From assembly GCA_002839995.1 (NCBI GenBank), contig PGZC01000006.1:5804-69803 (forward strand): a stretch of 64,000 bases of DNA. The letters run 5' to 3'. A program made the translations under genes and the position numbers. A model generated the notes under the pieces. The model was given only the letters and a program-made list of their open reading frames with translations. It was not told where the DNA came from and did no database searches. The first letter of the stretch is position 1. Each line of letters starts with the position of its first letter. Positions 19,173-27,866 of this stretch are shown here, piece after piece. This stretch comes from Gammaproteobacteria bacterium HGW-Gammaproteobacteria-4. GTDB taxonomy: Bacteria > Pseudomonadota > Gammaproteobacteria > Xanthomonadales > Xanthomonadaceae.

Positions 19173-19331
19173 CGAGCGCAGCGAAGGCGTAGGCCGCGCA
19201 GCGGCCGCTGCTGCGAAGCAGCCGACCGAGCGCAGCGAAGGCGTAGGCCGCGCAGCGGCCGCTGTTGCGAAGCAGCCGACCGAGCGCAGCGAAGGCGTAG
19301 GCCGCGCAGCGGCCGCTGCTGCGAAGCGACC
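19170..19331. repeat. 54-bp tandem repeat, 3 copies
   Basis: Unit GACCGAGCGCAGCGAAGGCGTAGGCCGCGCAGCGGCCGCTGCTGCGAAGCAGCC at 19170, 19224 and 19278 (1-3 mismatches). Related in reverse orientation to sequence at about 52270-52330. Confidence 0.9.
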
Positions 19332-19514
19332 GACCGGTATGAGGCATCGGGCTAGTCGTGGGCCGGTGTCGTGTCGCATAATCGGATTCCGCATCCGACT
19401 GGCCGCGAGACCCGCCTTGAACATCCCCCGCGTTACCACCGTCCGGCAGATCACTGTGCCGATTGCGGGCGGGCGAGCGCATGATCGGGTGTACGCGTCG
19501 ATCGGGCCGAATCG

Positions 19515-21539
19515 ATGACCGAGGTGGCGGCTATGGGCGCGTGGCAGCCACTGGATTGGTTGCTGCTGCTGATCGTGCTGTGGCTGCTGCTCGGGGTGGC
19601 GGGTCTGCTCGCCCTGCGCCGCTTCGACTTCGTGGCGCGCGTGCTGTTCCCCCTCGGTGGGCTGGTCGCACTCGCGGTTGCGCTGGTCGCGGCGAGCGCG
19701 ATCACCGCGGCGCCGCAATCGGTGGTGCTGGCGATCGGCTTGCCGAGTCTGCCGTTTCACTTCCGGCTCGATGCGCTGGCGGCATTCTTCCTGATGGTGA
19801 TCGGCGCTACCACGGCCGGCGTGTCGGTGTTCGCCGCCGGCTATTTCCGGCAGGGCGAAGGCACGCCGCCGGGATTGCTGTGCCTGGAATACCACCTGTT
19901 CGTGGCCAGCATGGCACTGGTGGTGCTGGCCGACGACGCCTACGCGTTCATGGTGATGTGGGAAACCATGGCGCTGTCGTCGTTCTTTCTGGTCACCGCC
20001 AACCACCGCATTCCGGAAATCCGCCGTGCCGGCTACCTGTACCTGTTGATTGCGCACGTCGGTGCGATCGGGATCCTGTTGTGTTTCGGAGTGCTGCAGG
20101 CCAACACCGGCGATTACACGTTCGCCAACATGCGGGCGCAGGAACTGGCGTCGATCCCGGCCTCGCTGGCGTTGCTGCTGGCACTGTTCGGATTCGGCGC
20201 CAAGGCCGGTATCGTGCCGCTGCACGTGTGGTTGCCCGAAGCGCATCCGGCGGCGCCATCGCCGGTATCGGCGCTGATGAGCGCGGTGATGCTCAAGACC
20301 GCGGTATACGGTTTCCTGCGCGTGTCGCTGGACTTGCTGCACGCGCCGATCTGGTGGTGGGGCGTGCTGTTGTTGGCGGTGGGCATGGTGACAGCGCTGT
20401 TTGGCGTGGTATTCGCGGCGGTGCAAACCGACATGAAGCGCCTGCTCGCCTATTCGTCGATCGAGAACATCGGCCTCCTGTTCACCGGCATCGGCCTCAC
20501 CTTGCTGTTTTCCGCCTATGACATGCAGCCGATGGCGGCGCTGGCGCTGACCGCCGTGCTTTATCACGTGGCCAGCCACGCGCTGTTCAAAAGCCTGTTG
20601 TTCGTCGGCACCGGCTCGGTGCTGCATGCAACGTCCGAACGCAGCCTGGGCAAGCTCGGCGGCCTGATCCGGTTCATGCCGTGGGTCGGTTGGCTGACCC
20701 TGCTGGCGGTGCTGGCCAGCGCCGGATTGCCGCCGTTTGGCGGCTTCGTGTCGGAATGGCTGTTGCTGCAGGGCTTCGTGTTCGCACCGGGACTGCCCGG
20801 CGCCTTCCTGAGCATGTTGGTGCCGGCGCTGGCGGCGCTGGTGGCGCTGGTCGCAGCGTTGTCGGGCTACACCATGGTCAAGTTCTTCGGCGTGATTTTT
20901 CTGGGCCAACCGCGCGAGGAAAAGCTGCACCAAGCCACCGACGCCGGCATCTGGGAACGCGCCGGCATGATCTGGCTGGCGCTGGGCTGCATCGGCCTTG
21001 GCTTGTTGCCCAGTCAGTTCATCGCGCTGATCGATCCGGTGACGACGCAACTGGTAGCCGCCGGTATCGGCGAGTCGGTGGCGGAGCGTGGCTGGTTGCT
21101 GGTGCCGGTGGCGATCGAGCGCGCGAGCTACGGCCCGGTGATCTTCCTGCTCGGCGTCGCCGCCTGCTTCGCGCTGGCATTCGTGCTGGTGCGCCTGTTC
21201 TACCACGGCCGGGTGCGCCGCGCGCCGCCGTGGGATTGCGGGTTTGCGGCACAGACCGCGCGCATGCAGGACACCGCCGAGGGCTTTGGCCAGCCGATCC
21301 GCCACATCTTCGGCACCGCCTTTCGCATGAGCCGCGTGCTGCCGTCGCCGTTCGACCGCCAGCCGCAGTACGAAGTCACCGTGTCCGATCACGTCTGGCA
21401 TGGCCTGTACCTGCCGGTGGCACGCATCACCGCGCGCATCGCGAAACTGGTTGGCCGCTTGCAGCAGGGGCGGATCGCGATCTATCTGTTGTACAGCTTC
21501 GTCACCCTGATTCTCACTTTGATTCTGGTGCACCGATGA
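19515..21539 (+). CDS. HyfB/HycC-like antiporter-type membrane subunit (NuoL/M/N family)
   Basis: 674 aa, polytopic, with typical NuoL-like motifs (WETMALSSFFLV, AKAGIVPLHVWLPEAHPAAPSPVSALMSAVMLK). Confidence 0.9.
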   Translation: MTEVAAMGAWQPLDWLLLLIVLWLLLGVAGLLALRRFDFVARVLFPLGGLVALAVALVAASAITAAPQSVVLAIGLPSLPFHFRLDALAAFFLMVIGATTAGVSVFAAGYFRQGEGTPPGLLCLEYHLFVASMALVVLADDAYAFMVMWETMALSSFFLVTANHRIPEIRRAGYLYLLIAHVGAIGILLCFGVLQANTGDYTFANMRAQELASIPASLALLLALFGFGAKAGIVPLHVWLPEAHPAAPSPVSALMSAVMLKTAVYGFLRVSLDLLHAPIWWWGVLLLAVGMVTALFGVVFAAVQTDMKRLLAYSSIENIGLLFTGIGLTLLFSAYDMQPMAALALTAVLYHVASHALFKSLLFVGTGSVLHATSERSLGKLGGLIRFMPWVGWLTLLAVLASAGLPPFGGFVSEWLLLQGFVFAPGLPGAFLSMLVPALAALVALVAALSGYTMVKFFGVIFLGQPREEKLHQATDAGIWERAGMIWLALGCIGLGLLPSQFIALIDPVTTQLVAAGIGESVAERGWLLVPVAIERASYGPVIFLLGVAACFALAFVLVRLFYHGRVRRAPPWDCGFAAQTARMQDTAEGFGQPIRHIFGTAFRMSRVLPSPFDRQPQYEVTVSDHVWHGLYLPVARITARIAKLVGRLQQGRIAIYLLYSFVTLILTLILVHR

Positions 21540-22483
21540 GCGTGCTCGCGTTGACCTCGCAAGTTCTGGAGATCGTGCTGGCACTGCTGTTGGCGCCGCT
21601 GCTGACCGGCTGGATCAATCAATGCCGCGCCTGGCTGCAAAACCGCTCGGCCCCGGGCCTGTTGCAGCCGTTCCGGATGCTGCACAAGCTGCTCAACAAG
21701 GATTCCGTGCTCGCCGAACATGCCTCGCCGCTGTTCCGGGCGGCACCCTACGTGGTGTTCGGCTGCATGGTGCTGGCTACCGCCATCATCCCGACCGTAT
21801 CCACCAACCTGCCGTTGGCGCCGGCCGCCGATGCGATCGCGCTGGTCGGGCTGTTCGCGCTGGCGCGCGTGTTCATTGCGCTGGCGGCGATGGATATCGG
21901 CACCGCATTCGGCAGCCTGGGCGCGCGGCGCGAGATGCTGGTCGGATTTCTGGCCGAGCCGGCGCTGTTGATCGTGCTGTTTACAACGGCCTTGATCGCA
22001 GGTTCCACCTCGCTGACCAGCATCGTGCATACGCTGGCCGCAAGTTCGTTGGTGATTTCGCCGAGTCTGGTGTTCGCCGGGGTTGCGTTCACCATGGTGT
22101 CGCTGGCCGAAAATGCGCGGGTGCCGGTGGACAACCCGGCGACCCATCTCGAGCTGACCATGATCCACGAGGCGTTGATCCTGGAGTATTCCGGCCGCCA
22201 TCTGGCGCTGATCGAGTGGGCCGCCAGCCTGAAATTGTTCGCCTATTCGTGCATTGGTCTGGCGCTGTTCTTCCCGTGGGGTATCGGCACCGGCGGTTCG
22301 CCGGCGTCGCTGCTGCTGGCGCTGCCGATCCTGGTCGCCAAGCTGGCGGTCGGTGGTGCATTGATGGCGTTTCTGGAGATGGTCAGCGCCAAGATGCGCA
22401 TCTTCCGGGTACCGGAGTTTCTCGGCACCGCATTCATGATTGCGGTGCTGGCGATGCTCGTGCACATGCTGCTGGGAGCCTGA
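21536..22483 (+). CDS. HyfC/HycD-like membrane subunit (NuoH family)
   Basis: 315 aa. The ATG overlaps the upstream stop (ATGA). NuoH-like AENARVPVDNPATHLELTMIHEALILEYSG. Confidence 0.88.
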   Translation: MSVLALTSQVLEIVLALLLAPLLTGWINQCRAWLQNRSAPGLLQPFRMLHKLLNKDSVLAEHASPLFRAAPYVVFGCMVLATAIIPTVSTNLPLAPAADAIALVGLFALARVFIALAAMDIGTAFGSLGARREMLVGFLAEPALLIVLFTTALIAGSTSLTSIVHTLAASSLVISPSLVFAGVAFTMVSLAENARVPVDNPATHLELTMIHEALILEYSGRHLALIEWAASLKLFAYSCIGLALFFPWGIGTGGSPASLLLALPILVAKLAVGGALMAFLEMVSAKMRIFRVPEFLGTAFMIAVLAMLVHMLLGA

Positions 22484-22484
22484 C

Positions 22485-23144
22485 ATGAGCGGGCTCTCCG
22501 GCCAGTTCATCAACCTGTTCGCGGCGCTGCTGCTGTTGCTGGCGTTTGCGATGATTTCGCAGCGGCGGATCGTGTCGCTGATTACCCTGTTCACCCTGCA
22601 AGGGGCGACCCTGGTGGCGGCGACGGCACTGGTGGGTTACGTCACCCAGCAGCCGCATCTGTATCTGTCGGCAGCGCTCACCTTCGCGCTCAAGGTGGTG
22701 CTGATCCCCTGGCTGCTGCATCGGGTGATCGATCGCCTGAACGTGCGCTGGGACGTGGAGACCCTGATCAACATCCCGACCACCATGCTGGTCGGCATCG
22801 GTCTGGTGATGTTGTCGTTCTATCTCGCGTCGCCGATTTCGCAGCTGTCGACGACGATCATGCGCGGTACCCTGGGTATCGCGCTGGCGTGCGTGCTGCT
22901 GTCGTTCCTGATGATGATCACCCGTTCCAAGGCGGTACCGCAGGTGATCGGTTTTCTGGCGATGGAGAACGGCCTGTTCTTTGCAGCGACCTCGGCCACC
23001 TATGGCATGCCGATGGTGGTCGAACTGGGCATCGCGCTGGATGTGCTGGTTGGCATCCTGATCCTTGGCGTGTTCATGTTCCAGATTCGCGAGCAGTTCG
23101 ACAGCCTCGATATCCGCCACCTCGAATCGTTGAAGGAAGACTGA
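22485..23144 (+). CDS. HyfE-like small membrane subunit (NuoK-related)
   Basis: 219 aa, multi-TM. MENGLFFAA motif typical of HyfE. Confidence 0.8.
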   Translation: MSGLSGQFINLFAALLLLLAFAMISQRRIVSLITLFTLQGATLVAATALVGYVTQQPHLYLSAALTFALKVVLIPWLLHRVIDRLNVRWDVETLINIPTTMLVGIGLVMLSFYLASPISQLSTTIMRGTLGIALACVLLSFLMMITRSKAVPQVIGFLAMENGLFFAATSATYGMPMVVELGIALDVLVGILILGVFMFQIREQFDSLDIRHLESLKED

Positions 23145-23146
23145 GC

Positions 23147-24601
23147 ATGTCGGCGCTTTATTTCGTGCTCGGTGTTCCGCTGTTGGGCAGCGCTGTGCTG
23201 GCATGGTGCGGGCATCGTGGTTTCGCCCGCGATGTCAATGTCGGCTTCAGCCTCGCAACGTTCGTCGCCGCGTGCGCAATGACGGCGGCGGTGATTTCCG
23301 GCGGCCCGCTGTTTGTCTGGCAACACGAGTTCTACATCGACCCGCTGAATGTCTTTCTGGTGACGCTGACCGCGTTTGTCGGCCTGACCACCGCCATCTT
23401 TTCGCGGCCGTACATGCGGGTGGAAGAACAGCGCGGCAAGATGACGCCGCCGCGCCTGCGCCTGTATCACAGCATGTATCAACTGTTCAGTTTCACGATG
23501 CTGCTGGCGTTGACCACCAACAACATGGGCATCCTGTGGGTGGCGATGGAAGCGGCCACGCTGACCACGGTGATGCTGGTCAGTGTCTATCGCACCGCGG
23601 CCAGCCTGGAGGCGGCGTGGAAATACTTCATCCTGTGCGGGGTCGGTATCGCCCAGGCGCTGTTCGGCACGGTGCTGTTGTTCATGGCGGCGGAAAAGGT
23701 GATCGGCGCCGAGGGCGGGGCATTGCTGTGGACGCACCTGGATGCGGTGAAGACGCAACTGGATCCCGACATCATCACCCTGGCGTTTGCGTTCCTGTTC
23801 ATCGGCTATGGCACCAAGGTCGGCCTGGTGCCGCTGCACAACTGGTTGCCCGATGCCCACGCCGAAGGCCCGACCCCGGTTTCCGCGGTGTTGTCGGGCT
23901 TGCTGCTCAATGTCGCCCTGTATGCGATCCTGCGCTTCAAGGTGCTTACCGATGGCGCGTTGGCGAATCAGCTTGCCGGCCATTTGATGATGGGCTTCGG
24001 CCTGACCTCGGTGGTGGTGGCGGCGTTTTTCCTGTGGGGCCGGCGCGACGTGAAGCGCATGTTCGCGTACTCGTCGATCGAGCACATGGGCCTGATCACC
24101 TTCGCATTCGGCATGGGCGGGCCGATCGCCACCTATGCCGGCCTGCTGCACATGACCGTGCACTCGCTGATCAAGTCGGCGATCTTCTTCGCAGTCGGTC
24201 ACGCCACCCAGCAGGCCGGCACCCAGCTCATGGCCGAGATCCGCGGCTTGATGAAGGTCAGCCCGACCGTCGGTTGGGGCCTGATGCTGGGCACCTTGGC
24301 GATACTCGGCATGCCGCCGTTTGGCGTGTTCGCGAGCGAGTTCCTGATCCTGACCACGGCGATGCGCGAGCATGCCTGGGCGACGCCGTTTTTGTTGCTG
24401 GCGCTCGGCGTTGCGTTCGCCGCGATCTTTGCGCGGGTGCAGCCGATGGTCTTTGGCGACACCACGCTGCAACCGTTGCCGCATCCGCCCGCGCTGTTGC
24501 CGGTGTTCGTGCACCTGGGCCTGGGCCTGATGCTGGGCCTGTATATCCCGCCCTACCTGGACGAGTGGTATCGCCAGGCGGCGCGGATGATCGGAGGCTG
24601 A
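23147..24601 (+). CDS. HyfF-like antiporter-type membrane subunit (NuoN/M family)
   Basis: 484 aa. GTKVGLVPLHNWLPDAHAEGPTPVSAVLSGLLLN motif. Starts 2 nt after the hyfE-like stop. Confidence 0.9.
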   Translation: MSALYFVLGVPLLGSAVLAWCGHRGFARDVNVGFSLATFVAACAMTAAVISGGPLFVWQHEFYIDPLNVFLVTLTAFVGLTTAIFSRPYMRVEEQRGKMTPPRLRLYHSMYQLFSFTMLLALTTNNMGILWVAMEAATLTTVMLVSVYRTAASLEAAWKYFILCGVGIAQALFGTVLLFMAAEKVIGAEGGALLWTHLDAVKTQLDPDIITLAFAFLFIGYGTKVGLVPLHNWLPDAHAEGPTPVSAVLSGLLLNVALYAILRFKVLTDGALANQLAGHLMMGFGLTSVVVAAFFLWGRRDVKRMFAYSSIEHMGLITFAFGMGGPIATYAGLLHMTVHSLIKSAIFFAVGHATQQAGTQLMAEIRGLMKVSPTVGWGLMLGTLAILGMPPFGVFASEFLILTTAMREHAWATPFLLLALGVAFAAIFARVQPMVFGDTTLQPLPHPPALLPVFVHLGLGLMLGLYIPPYLDEWYRQAARMIGG

Positions 24602-24605
24602 TGCC

Positions 24606-26162
24606 ATGCCGATAGCGCCACAGGGTTTGAATCTGCGCCGGCTCGACGCGCCGCTGCCGATGTTTCGCGGCGCGATCGATTCCGCGCAATGGGCGCAAGC
24701 GGCGCGCGATATCGCGCAGGCGGGCGGCCGCTTGCTGGCGTTGTGGGGCAGCGATCGCCGCGACGATGGCGTAATGGTTGTATGCGCGGCGTACGCGGTC
24801 GAGCGCGGCCTGCTGTGGCTGGAATTGCCGCTGCCCATGCCAGCGTCCGGCTATCCCGATCTCGCCACCTGCTTTCCCTGTGCCGAGCGGATGCAGCGCG
24901 CATTGGCCGACATGCTCGGCGTGCGTGCGCAAAATCCGGAAGACGACCGGCCGTGGCTGGATCACGGGTTGTGGCCGCACGGCTTCAAGCCGTTGGCGCA
25001 CGGTGCCGGGGATGTGCCCGCTGCCGCGACGTTCACCCCCGCCCCCTATCCGTTTGTTCGCGTGGCCGGCGATGGCGTGCACGAGATTGCGGTGGGGCCG
25101 GTACATGCCGGCATCATCGAGCCCGGGCATTTCCGCTTCTCGGTGGTTGGCGAAAAAGTGCTGCGGCTGGAACAGCGGCTCGGCTATGTCCACAAGGGCA
25201 TCGAGCGGCGCTTCACCGAACTGGCGCCGCTCGACGGCTACCGGCTCGCCGGGCGGGTCAGCGGCGATTCGACCGTGGCCTACGCCTGGGCTTACGGCAT
25301 GGCGCTGGAATCGGCAGCCGCTGCCACCATCCCTGCACGTGCCGCCTGGTTGCGCGCGCTGCTGCTGGAACGCGAGCGCGTCGCCAATCACCTCGGCGAT
25401 CTGGGCGCGTTGGGGAACGATGCCGGGCTGGCGGTCGGGTTGGCGCAGTTCTCGCGCCTGCGCGAGGATTGGCAGCGCCTGTCGCGCACGCTGTTTGGCC
25501 ACCGCCTGATGATGGATTGCGTGGTGCCGGGTGGCGTCGCGGTCGATCTCGATGTCCAAGGCGTGCGCCTGATCGCCGCGCAATGCGATGCCATCGAAGC
25601 CGAGGTGCAGGCAATGCACCGCCTGTACGACGAGCATGCCGGCCTGCAGGATCGTTTCATCGGCACCGGCCGGGTGACGCCAGCGCTTGCGGCGCAACTG
25701 GGCCTGAGCGGGCTGGCCGGACGCGCCAGCGGCCAGGCGGTGGATCTGCGCAGCCAATTCCCGTTTGCCCCCTACGATGCGCTGGATGTGCGCATTGCCA
25801 CCCATCGCAATGGCGATGTTGCGGCGCGGGTGAATCTGCGCTTTGAAGAAGTGCTGGAGTCGCTGCAGCTGATCCGCCGCATCGCGCGCGAACTGCCGGC
25901 CGGCGCGATTCGCAGCACGATCGAACTGCCGCAGCGGCCGGCATTCGGCGCCGGCTGGGTCGAGGGCTGGCGTGGCGAGATCCTGGTGGCGCTGGAATTG
26001 GTGCCGCACGAGGGTGCCGTGCGCATTCGCCGCTGCCATTGCCACGACCCGTCATGGCAGAACTGGCCGGTGCTCGAACACGCGATGATCGGCAACATCG
26101 TTCCCGACTTTCCGTTGATCAACAAGTCCTTCAACCTCAGTTATTCAGGACATGACTTGTAA
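24606..26162 (+). CDS. HycE/HyfG-like large subunit (NuoC-NuoD fusion type) lacking the Ni-Fe cysteine ligands
   Basis: 518 aa. GPVHAGIIEPGHFRFSVVGEKVLRLEQRLGYVHKGIER aligns with HycE/NuoD. The RxCGxC position reads RVSGDS, and the C-terminal DPCxxC position reads NLSYSG (…INKSFNLSYSGHDL*). Confidence 0.9.
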   Translation: MPIAPQGLNLRRLDAPLPMFRGAIDSAQWAQAARDIAQAGGRLLALWGSDRRDDGVMVVCAAYAVERGLLWLELPLPMPASGYPDLATCFPCAERMQRALADMLGVRAQNPEDDRPWLDHGLWPHGFKPLAHGAGDVPAAATFTPAPYPFVRVAGDGVHEIAVGPVHAGIIEPGHFRFSVVGEKVLRLEQRLGYVHKGIERRFTELAPLDGYRLAGRVSGDSTVAYAWAYGMALESAAAATIPARAAWLRALLLERERVANHLGDLGALGNDAGLAVGLAQFSRLREDWQRLSRTLFGHRLMMDCVVPGGVAVDLDVQGVRLIAAQCDAIEAEVQAMHRLYDEHAGLQDRFIGTGRVTPALAAQLGLSGLAGRASGQAVDLRSQFPFAPYDALDVRIATHRNGDVAARVNLRFEEVLESLQLIRRIARELPAGAIRSTIELPQRPAFGAGWVEGWRGEILVALELVPHEGAVRIRRCHCHDPSWQNWPVLEHAMIGNIVPDFPLINKSFNLSYSGHDL

Positions 26163-26695
26163 TGTGGAAGATCATCAAACGCATCGCCCATGCCGGCATC
26201 GCCACTGAAGCGATCCCGCCGCCCGTGGCCGAGCCTGGCGACGATGTCGCGCACATCCAGCAGCGGCTGCTCGACATCCTCGGCAAGGCATTGACCATCC
26301 GCATGGTGGACGCCGGTTCGTGCAACGGCTGCGAACTGGAAATCCACGCGCTCGGCAATCCGTACTACAACATCGAGGGCCTGGGCATCAAGTTCGTGGC
26401 CAGCCCGCGCCATGCCGACCTGTTGCTGGTGACCGGGCCGGTGTCGCGGCACATGGCGCAGGCGCTGCAACGCACCTGGGAAGCGATGCCCGATCCCAAG
26501 CTGGTGGTGGCGGTGGGCGACTGCGGCTGTAGCGGCGGCGTGTTTGGCGAGAACTACGCCAGTTGCGGGCGCGTCGCCAACGTCATCCCGGTGCATTGCA
26601 CCATCCCCGGCTGCCCGCCGGCGCCGATCGACGTCCTGCGCGGCATCCTCAGTGCGGTGAGCGCGCATGCTTCGCCGCGAGCGGTCAGCTCATGA
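26162..26695 (+). CDS. HycG/HyfI-like small subunit (NuoB family, [4Fe-4S] ligands retained)
   Basis: 177 aa. SCNGCELE ... GDCGCSGG ... GCPP cysteine pattern. The ATG overlaps the large-subunit stop (TAATG). Confidence 0.9.
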   Translation: MWKIIKRIAHAGIATEAIPPPVAEPGDDVAHIQQRLLDILGKALTIRMVDAGSCNGCELEIHALGNPYYNIEGLGIKFVASPRHADLLLVTGPVSRHMAQALQRTWEAMPDPKLVVAVGDCGCSGGVFGENYASCGRVANVIPVHCTIPGCPPAPIDVLRGILSAVSAHASPRAVSS

Positions 26696-27180
26696 GCAGC
26701 GTGCCCCCGGCGCAGGCAGTGTTGCAGGCCAGGCTCGATGCCATGCCGCCGGTGCGCGCGATGGCGGTGCAGGTGGCTTCGGCAACGCCGGAGCGGGTGT
26801 GCCTGCACGCGCCGCTGGCGGCCAACGTCAACGACAAGGGCTGTGCCTTTGGCGGCAGCATCGCCGGGCTGATGACCCTGGCCGGCTGGGGGTTGCTGGT
26901 GGCGCGTGTCGATGGCGCGGCGCTGCCGGCGGTGGAGGTCTATGTCGCCGACAGCACGATTCGTTACCTGGCACCGCTGTATCAGGCGATCGAAGCGCAG
27001 GCCTGGCTGCACGACGCATCGCACTGGGAGCCGACGCTGCAACGTCTGCGCGAACGCGGCCGCGCCAGCCTGAACGTGCAGGCGCAGGTGCTCGGGCCCG
27101 ATGGCAAGCCGGTGGCGAGCATGGATGCGCGCTTCGCCCTGGTCACGGCAATGGCTGGCGACACAGCACGACTTGGGTAA
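26692..27180 (+). CDS. hotdog-fold protein, YiiD C-terminal-like putative thioesterase
   Basis: 162 aa. ...HAPLAANVNDKGCAFGGSIAGLMTLAGWGLLV... resembles the YiiD_C/PaaI-like hotdog family. The ATG overlaps the small-subunit stop (ATGA). Confidence 0.6.
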   Translation: MSSVPPAQAVLQARLDAMPPVRAMAVQVASATPERVCLHAPLAANVNDKGCAFGGSIAGLMTLAGWGLLVARVDGAALPAVEVYVADSTIRYLAPLYQAIEAQAWLHDASHWEPTLQRLRERGRASLNVQAQVLGPDGKPVASMDARFALVTAMAGDTARLG

Positions 27181-27189
27181 CAATGGGCC

Positions 27190-27603
27190 ATGCGCAAACT
27201 CACCGTTCTGCTGATCGTGCTCGTGCTTGCTCTCGCCGGCTGCGCCAGTGAGAGCAAGAAGTCCAAATCGCTGGACGCCACCCTCTATGCCTACGCGGGC
27301 GCGGTGCGCTGGGGCGAGTTCGAGCGGGCTTGGGAGATGGTCGATCCGCAGGTGCGCAAGGATCGCCCGCTGAGCGATCTGGAGTGGTCGCGTTTTGCGC
27401 AGGTGCAGATCACCGGCTACAAGGTGCAAAGCAGCGCGCCGACGGCCAACGGCGATATCGCGCAGTTCGTGCAGATTGGCGTGGTCAACAAGCTGTCGCA
27501 GGCCGAGCGCGTGGTAACCACGAGTGAGCTCTGGCATTGGGACGAGGATGCCAAGCGCTGGTGGCTGGTCAGCGGCTTTCCGGATATTTCGGTAACGCGC
27601 TGA
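27190..27603 (+). CDS. hypothetical lipoprotein
   Basis: MRKLTVLLIVLVLALAGCASE: signal peptide with lipobox LAG|C. 137 aa. Confidence 0.7.
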   Translation: MRKLTVLLIVLVLALAGCASESKKSKSLDATLYAYAGAVRWGEFERAWEMVDPQVRKDRPLSDLEWSRFAQVQITGYKVQSSAPTANGDIAQFVQIGVVNKLSQAERVVTTSELWHWDEDAKRWWLVSGFPDISVTR

Positions 27604-27612
27604 TCGCTTCGT

Positions 27613-27690
27613 AGGTCGGCTCAAGCGCAGCGGAGCCGACGTTTTGCCACCGCGAAATCGCTGTCGGCTCCGCTGCGCTTGAGCCGACCT
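27613..27690. repeat. REP-like perfect hairpin (28-bp arms)
   Basis: AGGTCGGCTCAAGCGCAGCGGAGCCGAC - 22 nt (27641-27662) - GTCGGCTCCGCTGCGCTTGAGCCGACCT. It may also act as a terminator after the lipoprotein gene. Confidence 0.85.
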
Positions 27691-27866
27691 GCAGCCAAGA
27701 TGCCGTCGTAGTGGCGCTCCCCGGCATCAAGGGTGTGCCGTTGGTACTGGCAGGCTTCGGGCCTGATTTGCGCGCCCTGAAGGCGGCTACCCGATCGTCC
27801 GCCTTTGCGCCCGGGCGCGTGCTGGGCGACAATCGCGCCCCCTGATCTTTATTGGTGTGTACCGCG

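Noticed and set aside
18732-21584. 950-aa minus-strand ORF spanning hemD upstream, the REP region and the hyfB-like gene
   Set aside because: Low-complexity Arg/Ala/Gln/His-rich translation with no recognisable domains. It is antisense to a convincing NuoL-family gene and crosses repeats. This is the typical long shadow ORF of a high-GC genome.
19515-26695. Interpretation as a functional hydrogenase-4 / formate hydrogenlyase
   Set aside because: The large subunit lacks all four Ni-Fe cysteine ligands. There are no maturation (hyp, hycI), formate dehydrogenase or ferredoxin-type subunit genes nearby. See the corresponding finding.
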